NCBI GenBank assembly: GCA_963728745.1
Contig: CAVSKY010000006.1
Span: forward strand, 389,015 to 453,014
Source: an uncultured Chloroflexia bacterium
GTDB taxonomy: Bacteria; Chloroflexota; Limnocylindria; Limnocylindrales; CSP1-4
Length of the DNA: 64,000 nt
Direction: 5' to 3'
Part shown: positions 19,687 to 28,080 of the stretch, piece by piece
Position numbering within the stretch: position 1 is the first letter of the stretch
Layout: every line of letters begins with the position of its first letter
The notes under the pieces: generated by a model
Databases searched by the model: none
What the model was told of the DNA's origin: nothing
What the model saw: only the letters and a program-made list of their open reading frames with translations
Position numbers and translations under genes: made by a program

Positions 19687-21050
19687 CGCCCGGCGAGCGC
19701 GATCCTGACCGTGGCGGCCAACCGCCGATCCTGATCAGGATGGACGGTTCGAAGGTCGAGCAGCACGCGATCGTCCTCGATCCGGCCGATCACCGCCTGG
19801 CGACCGCATCGTCGGATCCGAGCCAGCAGACCGTCGGCGGACGAGCTCGCGACCGCAACGCCGACCGACGGGATCGTCTCGCCAGGAAGGCTGCCGCCGC
19901 CGATGGTGGATGCCATCTCGGCGACTGACGCTGCAGACCCGATCCTGGCTGCAACCCGCTCAGCGCGGGCTCGCAGGGCATCGACCGGCGTCGCGATCAT
20001 GACCCACACAGGGATCTGCGACATGGCCAGGCCAGCCCGGTACAACCCCAACGTCGCCGCCACGCCCAGCAGCGTCGCCTTGTCAGGGCGCATGGCCCGC
20101 GCCAGCGGATCGCGCCGCATCCGGGCAATGAGGTCCCCTCGACCGACGACCAGACCGGCCTGCGGTCCACCGACGAGCTTGTCGCCACTGAACGTGACGA
20201 TGTCGGACCCTATCGCCAGGCGCTCGGCCGGGGTCGGTTCGTGGGCAAGCCCGAACTGCTCGGTCGGGAGCAGTGCCCCTGATCCGAGATCGTCGATGAC
20301 GAACGCGCCGTGTCGATGCGCGAGCTCCGCCACACGGCTGGGATCGGGGGACTCGGTGAAACCGGCCATCGAGAAATTCGACGGGTGCACCCGAAGCACG
20401 GCACGAGCCTTGCCTTCAGCCAGCGGGGCCTCGAAGTCCTCGGCGCGTGTCCGGTTGGTCGTCCCTACCTCGATGAGCTTCGCGCCGACACGCCGGATGA
20501 TGTCCGGGATGCGCACGCCGCCGCCGATCTCGACGAGCTCGCCGCGCGACACGACGACGCCGCCGCGGCCCGCCAGGCCGACGGCCAGCACGAGAGCGGC
20601 CGCGTTGTTGTTCGTGACCAAGGCATCGTCGGCGCCGGTCAGCGCGATGAGGAGCTCCTCGGCGCGTCGATAGCGGTGCCCTCGACGACCGGTCTCCCGA
20701 TCGATCTCCAGCAGCAGGTAGTCGGTCGCACCTGCGGCGTGGATCGAAGCGATCCTGGGCCACGGCGCGCGACCGAGATTGGTATGGACGATCACCCCGG
20801 TCGCATTGATGACGTAGTCATCCTCGAACGGGACCTGTGCGTCCAGCCTTTTGAGGACGTCATCGATGAGATCGCGGACGAGCCGCGGATCGTTCCCCGC
20901 GGCGATCCGCACCCGTTCCTCCTCGATCACCGCACGGGCCGCGTCGACGACAACATCGTGCTGGCGCTCGAAGCCTTCGCGCAGTCGCACCGACGTCAAC
21001 AGGCCGTCGACGCTGGGTGGACGCGGATGCACGACCGGCTTCGACGTCAT
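19683..21050 (-). CDS. selA: L-seryl-tRNA(Sec) selenium transferase
   Basis: Signature FSGDKLVGGPQAGLVVGR with the PLP lysine context. The start is taken as ATG at 21050 behind GGAGGA. This removes the overlap with tRNA-Sec that the track's 21092 start would create. Confidence 0.85.
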   Translation of the reverse strand: MTSKPVVHPRPPSVDGLLTSVRLREGFERQHDVVVDAARAVIEEERVRIAAGNDPRLVRDLIDDVLKRLDAQVPFEDDYVINATGVIVHTNLGRAPWPRIASIHAAGATDYLLLEIDRETGRRGHRYRRAEELLIALTGADDALVTNNNAAALVLAVGLAGRGGVVVSRGELVEIGGGVRIPDIIRRVGAKLIEVGTTNRTRAEDFEAPLAEGKARAVLRVHPSNFSMAGFTESPDPSRVAELAHRHGAFVIDDLGSGALLPTEQFGLAHEPTPAERLAIGSDIVTFSGDKLVGGPQAGLVVGRGDLIARMRRDPLARAMRPDKATLLGVAATLGLYRAGLAMSQIPVWVMIATPVDALRARAERVAARIGSAASVAEMASTIGGGSLPGETIPSVGVAVASSSADGLLARIRRCGRQAVIGRIEDDRVLLDLRTVHPDQDRRLAATVRIALAGR

Positions 21051-21060
21051 CAGTCCTCCG

Positions 21061-21157
21061 TGGCGGGAACGCGTGGGAGTCGAACCCACCACGCCACGCC
21101 GAGCGCGGCGTCACCGGTTTTGAAGACCGGGGAACCCACCGGGGCCCAACCGCTCCC
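21061..21157 (-). tRNA. selC: tRNA-Sec (anticodon TCA)
   Basis: The reverse complement folds with an 8-nt acceptor (7 pairs), a 6-bp D-stem with 4-nt loop, and an anticodon stem-loop CCGGT-CTTCAAA-ACCGG. It also has a long variable arm, T-arm GTGGG-TTCGACT-CCCAC, and genomic CCA. It lies directly upstream of selA. Confidence 0.75.
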
Positions 21158-21213
21158 GCACGGATGGTAATGCGGGGGTCGTGGAATGGCCCGGGCGCAC
21201 CAACCCAGCAAAG

Positions 21214-21283
21214 CCTTCGAAATCGAAGGATCGCGTTCGGCGATGGGTGATCGCCGTGAGAGAAAACCTTCGAAATCGAAGGA
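21214..21283 (+). promoter_or_regulatory. Twin 16-bp perfect palindromes CCTTCGAAATCGAAGG (at 21214-21229 and 21267-21282), 53 bp apart, in the selC/selD divergent region
   Basis: A 17-bp exact direct repeat, CCTTCGAAATCGAAGGA. Each copy is a 7-2-7 inverted repeat. The second copy overlaps the selD ribosome-binding site and start. Confidence 0.4.
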
Positions 21284-21284
21284 G

Positions 21285-22391
21285 ATGCTGGCGGCAATGC
21301 CGCCGGCGGAGCCGGAACGCGGGCCCGCCTATCATCGTCTCGTGGCGACCCTGTCCGACGTCCCGAGCCTGCGGCTCACAAGCCTCACCGATTGCGGCGG
21401 CTGCGCGGCGAAGCTTGGTGCCGACCTGCTCTCCGAGGCGCTCGCAGGACTCGGCGCCGAGGCGGCACCCGACGAGCTCATCGCCGGGCTCCAGCCACCG
21501 GACGACGCCGCGGCCTATCGCGTCAGCGATGACCTCGCGATCATCGGCACGGTCGACTTCTTCCCGCCGCTGGTCGATGACGCGCGGACGTTCGGCGAGA
21601 TCGCGGCCGCGAACGCGATGAGCGACGTCTTCGCGATGGGCGGCCGCGTCCTCTTCGCCCTGTCGATCGCGGCGTTCCCCGAAGAGCTGCCGCGGAACGT
21701 GCTGGCGGAGGTGTTCGGTGGGGCGTCGGACAAGGTCCGCGAAGCCGGCGGGACCCTGGCGGGCGGCCATACGATCCGCGACCCGGAGCCCAAGTACGGG
21801 CTGGCGGTCATCGGCGCCGCGCACCCGAATCGACTCCTGCGCAAGGGTGCGGCCAGACCCGGCGACCAGCTCCTGCTCACCAAGCCGCTCGGCACCGGCC
21901 TGCTGGTGAGCGGCGCGCGAGCGGGCCGGACCGAACCTGCGGACCTCGCCGCGGCCATCGAGGGGATGCGGACCCTCAACCGCGCGGCGGCCGACGTCCT
22001 GGTCGGCCATGGGGTGACGGCTGCGACGGATATCACCGGCTTCGGCCTGCTCGGCCACGGCCTCGAGATGGCGCGCGCATCGGGCGCGCGGCTCATCTTC
22101 GACGCGCGGAGCATCCCGCCGCTGGACGGAGCGCTCGACCTCGCGCGCGCAGGCGTCGAGACCGGCGGTGCCGCGCACAATCGACGATTCGTCGCCGACG
22201 AGCTGGCTGTCGCGGCGGGCGTGCCGGCGGAGCTCGTGACACTCGCCTTCGACCCGCAGACGAGTGGCGGCCTGCTCGCAGCGATCGATCCGGATCGGGT
22301 GGAGGGGGTCGTCGCCGGCCTGCAGGGCGCAGGCGTCGACGTCTGGCGGATCGGCCGCGTGGAGGCGGGCTCGGGCGTCGCGCTGGCCTAG
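21285..22391 (+). CDS. selD: Selenide, water dikinase (selenophosphate synthetase), Cys-type
   Basis: RLTSLTDCGGCAAKLG is the SelD active-site loop with Cys, not Sec. AIR-synthase-related fold motifs are present. The start could be 21285 or 21297. Confidence 0.85.
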   Translation: MLAAMPPAEPERGPAYHRLVATLSDVPSLRLTSLTDCGGCAAKLGADLLSEALAGLGAEAAPDELIAGLQPPDDAAAYRVSDDLAIIGTVDFFPPLVDDARTFGEIAAANAMSDVFAMGGRVLFALSIAAFPEELPRNVLAEVFGGASDKVREAGGTLAGGHTIRDPEPKYGLAVIGAAHPNRLLRKGAARPGDQLLLTKPLGTGLLVSGARAGRTEPADLAAAIEGMRTLNRAAADVLVGHGVTAATDITGFGLLGHGLEMARASGARLIFDARSIPPLDGALDLARAGVETGGAAHNRRFVADELAVAAGVPAELVTLAFDPQTSGGLLAAIDPDRVEGVVAGLQGAGVDVWRIGRVEAGSGVALA

Positions 22392-22978
22392 CGGAGTCGG
22401 ACGTACGCGCCGACGATGGTGGCGCCGATGCTGATCAGCACGGATGGCACGTACTGGAGCAGGAAGGCGTCAAGCGCGAGGGCTGGATAGCCGGTCTCTC
22501 CAGCGGCCTCGGCCATCGCCGCATACCCCAGCAGCTCCCGCCACAGCCCGACCAGCGACAGTGACGCGCCCAGCAGCCCGCCGATCGCGATCCCGGCGAT
22601 CGCGAGCGCGAGGATCCGTGGGCCGCGCTTGATGCCGATCGTCCGGTCGAGCGCCTCGGCGATGATCGTGCCGGCGAAGAAGCCGAGGACGAGCATGAAG
22701 AACCCGAACTGCGCCCCGAAATAGCCCACCACAGCCCCGAGACCCGTGGCGACGGCCAGCCCGATCGCGAGCTGCCTCGTGCTCAGCGACGCAAGGGCAT
22801 CGCGCGACGGCTTGCCGCACGTCCTGCAACGCAGCCCGACCGGACCCTGCATGGAGCAGCGGGTGCAGATCGGTTGATCGCAGCGACCGCAGCGGACCCA
22901 CGTCTCACGGTCCGGATGGCGGTAGCAGTAGAGCGGCGGCGGCTCGCTGAGATCCGCAGTCGCGGCGTCGGTGGTCAT
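22388..22978 (-). CDS. Membrane protein with N-terminal zinc ribbon (CYRHPDRETWVRCGRCDQPICTRC) and glycine-rich TM helices
   Basis: Start is ATG at 22978 behind GAGGGGA. Four cysteines form a ribbon, followed by about 4 TM helices. It is a paralogue of the 30754-31455 gene. Confidence 0.5.
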   Translation of the reverse strand: MTTDAATADLSEPPPLYCYRHPDRETWVRCGRCDQPICTRCSMQGPVGLRCRTCGKPSRDALASLSTRQLAIGLAVATGLGAVVGYFGAQFGFFMLVLGFFAGTIIAEALDRTIGIKRGPRILALAIAGIAIGGLLGASLSLVGLWRELLGYAAMAEAAGETGYPALALDAFLLQYVPSVLISIGATIVGAYVRLR

Positions 22979-23073
22979 GTGTCCCCTCGCATGAACGATG
23001 CGGAGGTTGCCGTTCGAACGGCCCGTCGTCAAGCGGTACACTCGGGCGGTCGTCATCCGCAGGAGTCCACCGA

Positions 23074-24987
23074 GTGGCACGACCCTACGTACGACTGACC
23101 CAGCCCCTCGTGCGCGACGAGAAGGGCGGCGAGCTTCGACCAGCGACCTGGGATGAAGCGCTGGACCGCGTGGTCGCCGGGTTCCAGGCCGCGAGGGCGG
23201 CCCACGGCCCGACGACATTCGGCACCTTCAGCTGTAGCAAGGCGACCAACGAGGTCAACTTCGCGGCACAGAAGTTCAGCCGGGTGGTCCTGGGCAGCAA
23301 CAACATCGACAGCTGCAACCGCACCTGACACGCCCCGAGCGTCGCCGGTCTGGCGACCGTGTTCGGTGCCGGTGGGGGGACCAGCTCATATCGTGAGGTC
23401 GAGGACACCGATCTGATCGTCCTCTGGGGCAGCAATGCCCGCGAGACGCATCCGATCTTCTTCCACCACGTCCTCAAAGCCGTGCACAAGGGAGCGCGGC
23501 TGTATGCGGTCGACCCGCGCCGGACGTCCAGCGCGGAATGGGCCGACACGTGGCTTGGCCTCGACGTGGGCAGCGACATCGCGCTGGCCAATGCCATCGC
23601 CCGCGAGATCATCGCGTCGGGCCTGGAGCATCGCGAGTTCATCGAGCGGGCGACCGCCGACTTCGACGCCTACAAGGCCAAGGTCGAGTCGTACACGCTC
23701 GACTATGCCGAGCGCGAGACGGGCGTCCCGGCCGACGTCATCAAGGAGCTGGCGCACGCGCTGGCGACCGCGCCGCGGGCGATGATCTGCTGGACGTTGG
23801 GGATCACCGAGCACCACAACGCGGTCGACAACGTCCTGTCCCTGATCGACCTCGTCCTGCTCACCGGACACGTCGGTCGCTACGGGAGCGGCGTCAACCC
23901 GCTCCGTGGCCAGAACAACGTCCAGGGCGGCGGCGATATGGGCGCCCTGCCCGATCGTTTGCCTGGCTTCCAGCATGTCGAGAACGACACGCTCCGAGCG
24001 AAGTTCGACGCCGCCTGGGGCGTCACCGTCCCGCCGCAGCGTGGCTGGCACCTGTCGGGCATGTTCGACGCCATGGAACGGGGTGACCTGACCGCCGTGT
24101 ACTGCATCGGCGAGAACCCCGTCCAGTCGGAGGCCGACCAGCACCGCGCCATCCGGCTCCTCGAGGGCCTCGACATGCTCGTCGTCCAGGACCTGTTCCT
24201 GACGAAGACCGCCGAACTGGCGGACGTCGTCCTGCCGGCGAGCGCCGCATGGGCCGAGGGCGAGGGGACGGTCACCAACTCGGAGCGACGCGTCCAACGC
24301 GTCCGCAAAGCGGTCGAGCCGCCTGCGGGTGCCCGGGACGACCTGGCGATCATCTTCGACCTCGCGCGGCGGATGGGCGCCGACTGGGGCGACGCTGGCG
24401 CCGAACGCGTGTGGGACGAGGTCCGCGCGCTGTCGCCCGTCCATGCCGGGATGAGCTACCAGCGCCTCGAGGAGCTCGGCGGCATCCAGTGGCCGTGCTA
24501 CGACGAGGACCATCCCGGCGAGCTATTCCTCCACAGCCGGCTCTGGGAGGATCCGGTCCCGGGCAACCGCGTCCCGTTCGTTCCCGTCGACCACGACCCG
24601 CCGGTCGACAAGCTCACCGACGAGTACCCCATCCGGCTGACGACGGGCCGCCGGCTCGATTCCTACAACACCGGGGTCCAGACGGCCGGGTACACCTCGC
24701 CGCTGCGGCGTGGCGAGTCACTCGACATCTCGCCCGAGGACGCCGAGGCATACGGTCTGGCGGATGGCGAGGTCGTGTGCGCGATCTCGCGGCGCGGGCG
24801 GGTCGAGGTACCGGTCAGGATCGATCCGTCGCTGCGCCCGGGTCTCACGTTCATGACGCTCCATTTCCAGGACGACGTCGCCACGAACCTGCTGACGATC
24901 GACGCCACGGACCCGAAATCCGGCACCGCCGAGTTCAAGGCGACCGCGATCCGGATCGAGAAGCTCGCACAGCCCGTCTCGGCCTGA
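23074..24987 (+). CDS. fdhF: Formate dehydrogenase catalytic subunit (FdhF-like bis-MGD molybdo/tungstoenzyme), selenocysteine-containing, lacking the N-terminal Fe-S domain
   Basis: GTG at 23074 behind AGGAG. The in-frame TGA at 23326-23328 sits inside the conserved FDH active-site block NNIDSCNRT-U-HAPSVAGL. The same reading frame continues through 24987 and is strongly FdhF-like. Confidence 0.85.
23338..23360 (+). promoter_or_regulatory. SECIS-like mRNA hairpin GUCGCC-GGUCU-GGCGAC, 12 nt downstream of the UGA
   Basis: It mirrors the E. coli fdhF SECIS apical stem-loop (GGUCUG loop, encoding VAGL). Confidence 0.6.
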
Positions 24988-24992
24988 CCAAG

Positions 24993-25370
24993 GTGGCCGC
25001 CTCATCCGGGATCACCATCGTTGCCGCAGGCGACCTCGTCGATAACGTTCCGACACTTGGCATGCAGCGCCGCGAGGCAGCGGCTGGTGGGGCACGTATC
25101 ATCGCCGTGCGGACGCGACCGGGACTCGTATCGGGCTGGCACCATCATGCTGGATACGCGACCTACGGCTATGTCATCGCCGGACACCTCCGACTCGAGA
25201 GCGGGTCGCACGGCGCAACGGTGGTCGAGGCTGGGCCAGGCGACTTTTTCATCGTCCCGCCGGAAACGGTCCATCGAGAGAGCAACCCGTCTGACGAGGA
25301 GCAGGTGATCGTCGGGTTTCGGATCGGCGAGGGCGAAACGGTCGTGAACGTGGAAGGTCCCGATGGCTGA
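24993..25370 (+). CDS. Cupin-domain protein
   Basis: SGWHHHAGYATYGYVIAGHLRLE and GDFFIVPPETVHRESN are cupin motifs 1 and 2. The start could be GTG at 24993 or ATG at 25062. An 8-nt overlap joins it to the next gene. Confidence 0.6.
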   Translation: MAASSGITIVAAGDLVDNVPTLGMQRREAAAGGARIIAVRTRPGLVSGWHHHAGYATYGYVIAGHLRLESGSHGATVVEAGPGDFFIVPPETVHRESNPSDEEQVIVGFRIGEGETVVNVEGPDG

Positions 25371-26184
25371 GATCCCGGCGCAGCAGCAAGCTGACGATCA
25401 AGAGGACGGCGGGACGGAATTCGTCTCCGACCCCATGTGGGAGCGGCTGCTGAACGACCCCAATTCGGGGTTCGCCGCGGGCCGTGGGTTCCTCCGCATG
25501 CTCCCGAGTGATCCCCGCTGCAAGATGTGCGCCGCTCCGTTCGCAGGGCCCAGCGCGCCATTCATGCGGATGATCGACCGTGGTCGGTGGGACAAGAATC
25601 CCTCGATCTGCGGCCTGTGCTTCAAGCAGCTCGAGAAGGCTCGGGGCGGCGCCGAGATCGAGCTGAGCATGCTCTTTGCCGACGTGCGCGGATCGACCGG
25701 CCTTGCGGAGCGGATGGGCCCGGGCGCCTTCCAGAACCTCCTGGCCCGGTTCTACAAGGCAGCCACGAATGCCCTCGTGGCACGCGACGGCATCATCGAC
25801 AAGTTCGTCGGCGACGAGGTCGTCGCGCTCTTCCTGCCCGTCCTGGCGGGTCACGACCACGCGGCACACGCGATCGACGCAGCTCAGGAGTTGCTGCGCG
25901 CGACCGGGCATGCGACCGAGGGTGGACCGTGGATCCCCGTCGGCGCCGGTGTCCACACCGGGGTCGCGTACGTCGGGGCCATCGGCGACACCGTGACCGA
26001 CTTCACCGCGCTCGGCGACAGCGTCAACGTCACGGCGCGGCTCGCCTCGGCGGCGGGACCCGGGGAGATCCTCGTCAGCGCCGCCTCGGCGACCGCCGCC
26101 GGGCTCGACCAAAGCCTCGAGCTGCGCACGCTCACGCTGCGCGGTCGCGCGGAGCCCCTAGACGTCCGCGTCCTACGGGTCTGA
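25363..26184 (+). CDS. Class III adenylate/guanylate cyclase with N-terminal zinc ribbon
   Basis: Zinc ribbon CKMC...(16)...CGLC. Cyclase-homology-domain blocks MLFADVRGST, FVGDEVVALF, HTGVAYVGAIG and LGDSVNVTARL. Confidence 0.8.
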   Translation: MAEIPAQQQADDQEDGGTEFVSDPMWERLLNDPNSGFAAGRGFLRMLPSDPRCKMCAAPFAGPSAPFMRMIDRGRWDKNPSICGLCFKQLEKARGGAEIELSMLFADVRGSTGLAERMGPGAFQNLLARFYKAATNALVARDGIIDKFVGDEVVALFLPVLAGHDHAAHAIDAAQELLRATGHATEGGPWIPVGAGVHTGVAYVGAIGDTVTDFTALGDSVNVTARLASAAGPGEILVSAASATAAGLDQSLELRTLTLRGRAEPLDVRVLRV

Positions 26185-26232
26185 CCCGCCGGGGGCCGGT
26201 TCGACGCCCGAGCGGCGCTACACTCGAACGCG

Positions 26233-28080
26233 ATGGACCTGCACGTCATCGGGCCCCTCGCCTCCCCGGCCGAACGCGCCGCGGTCGACAGCGTCCTTGG
26301 CCCGCCCGAGTCCGGCTGGGTCGGCGGACCGCGCCGAGCCGGCGTGGAGGGACACGCCGCCCGCGGCGGTCACGCGATCCGCGCGAAACGGTCGCAGCTG
26401 CTGCCCGCCCTCCATGCCGTCCAGGACCGCATCGGTTGGATCAGCCAGCCAGCGCTGAACTACATCTCGCGCCGGTTGGCAGTCCCGCCGGCCGAGGCGT
26501 ACGGCGTGGCGACGTTCTACGCCCTGTATGCCACCGATCCGCGACCGCCGGTCATGGCGCACGTCTGCGACGACATCGCGTGCCGACTGGCCGGGGCGGA
26601 GCGGATCTGCGAGGACCTGGCGCGGTCGGTCGGGCCTGAAGGAGCAGCGACGGGCGACGGGCGACGGGGCTGGCTACGCTCCCCGTGTCTCGGGCTGTGC
26701 GAGCTGGCCCCGGCCGCGCTGATCACCAGCGCGGGCGAGTCGGGCTCGGTCATGAGCGCGGCCCCGGTCGATGCCGCCGGGATCGTCGCGCGGCTCGATG
26801 CCGGCGCGACCGTACGCGCGCCGCGCCCGGTGCCGCAGGCCGGTGACGGATCAGTCCGGCTCCTGCGCCGCATCGGCCTGGTCGATCCGACGTCGCTCGA
26901 CGACTATCGCGCGCACGGCGGGTACAGCGCGCTCCCAACGGCGCTCGAGATGGGCGCCGAGGCGGTGATCGGCGAGGTCACGGCCTCGAAGCTGATGGGC
27001 CGCGGTGGCGCGGCATTCCCGACTGGTCGTAAGTGGGCCGCCGTCGCCACCCAGCCCGCCCAGCCGCACTACATCGTGTGCAACGCGGACGAGTCGGAGC
27101 CGGGCACCTTCAAGGACCGCGTGATCCTCGAGGGCGATCCGTTCGCGGTCGTCGAGGCGATGACGATCGCCGCATTCGCGACGGGCGCCAGCCAGGGCTA
27201 CATCTACATCCGGGGCGAGTATCCCGAGGCGGAGTCGGCAGTCCGTAACGCGCTCGCCGCCGCGCGCACGGCCGGCCTGCTTGGCGGGGACATCCTCGCG
27301 TCGGGTTTCGCGTTCGACATCGAGGTCCGCCGAGGCGCGGGCGCGTACATCTGCGGCGAGGAGACGGCGCTCTTCGAGTCGATCGAGGGCAAGCGCGGCG
27401 AGCCGCGCAACAAGCCGCCGTTCCCGGTCGAGGTCGGGCTGTTCGGGAAGCCGACCGTCGTCAACAACGTCGAGACGCTGATCAACGTGCCGCTCGTGCT
27501 GGAGATGGGCGGCGAGGCGTACGCCCGTATCGGGACGGAGGGCTCGACCGGGCCGCGGCTGTTCTGCCTGTCGGGCAACGTCGCACGGCCGGGCGTGTAT
27601 GAGGTCGAATTCGGCGCGACCCTCGCCGAGCTGATCGAGCGCGCCGGCGGCGTTCCGGGTGGGCGAGCGATCCGCGCGATCCTGCTCGGCGGCGCGGCGG
27701 GCGTGTTCGTGGGTCCCGATTCGTTGGACATGCCGCTCACGTTCGAGGCGACCAGGGCGGCCGGGGCGACGCTCGGATCAGGCGTGATCATGGTCTTCGA
27801 CGAGACCGTCGACCTCGTCGACACGCTTCGCCGGATCGCACAGTTCTTCCGGGATGAGTCGTGCGGTCAGTGTGTCCCCTGCCGCGTCGGGAGCGTCCGC
27901 CAGGAGGAGCTGCTGGCTCGGCTCGCGGCGGGATCGCCGGTCCGGTCGCGGGACGATGAGCTGGTACTCCTGCGCGAGGTCGGCCAGGCGATGCGCGATG
28001 CGTCGATCTGCGGGCTCGGTCAGACCGCCTCGTCCGCCATCGAATCGGCCCTCCGGCGACCGGGACTGGTGGCGCTATGA
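26233..28080 (+). CDS. NuoE-NuoF fusion (NAD(P)H-binding flavoprotein, FdsG+FdsB / HylC+HylB-like)
   Basis: The N-terminus is a thioredoxin-like 2Fe-2S domain (HVCDDIAC...SPCLGLCE). After that come GRGGAAFPTGRKW (FMN site) and GAGAYICGEETAL (NADH site). The C-terminus has ESCGQCVPCR...ICGLGQ (4Fe-4S). Confidence 0.85.
   Translation: MDLHVIGPLASPAERAAVDSVLGPPESGWVGGPRRAGVEGHAARGGHAIRAKRSQLLPALHAVQDRIGWISQPALNYISRRLAVPPAEAYGVATFYALYATDPRPPVMAHVCDDIACRLAGAERICEDLARSVGPEGAATGDGRRGWLRSPCLGLCELAPAALITSAGESGSVMSAAPVDAAGIVARLDAGATVRAPRPVPQAGDGSVRLLRRIGLVDPTSLDDYRAHGGYSALPTALEMGAEAVIGEVTASKLMGRGGAAFPTGRKWAAVATQPAQPHYIVCNADESEPGTFKDRVILEGDPFAVVEAMTIAAFATGASQGYIYIRGEYPEAESAVRNALAAARTAGLLGGDILASGFAFDIEVRRGAGAYICGEETALFESIEGKRGEPRNKPPFPVEVGLFGKPTVVNNVETLINVPLVLEMGGEAYARIGTEGSTGPRLFCLSGNVARPGVYEVEFGATLAELIERAGGVPGGRAIRAILLGGAAGVFVGPDSLDMPLTFEATRAAGATLGSGVIMVFDETVDLVDTLRRIAQFFRDESCGQCVPCRVGSVRQEELLARLAAGSPVRSRDDELVLLREVGQAMRDASICGLGQTASSAIESALRRPGLVAL

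Noticed and set aside
21285-22391. Possibility that SelD is itself a selenoprotein
   Set aside because: The active-site loop reads TDCGGCAAK with an ordinary Cys codon. There is no in-frame TGA in the gene.
23085-23642. 185-aa antisense ORF across the Sec codon region of the formate dehydrogenase
   Set aside because: It is antisense to a strongly conserved formate dehydrogenase reading frame and its translation has no motifs.
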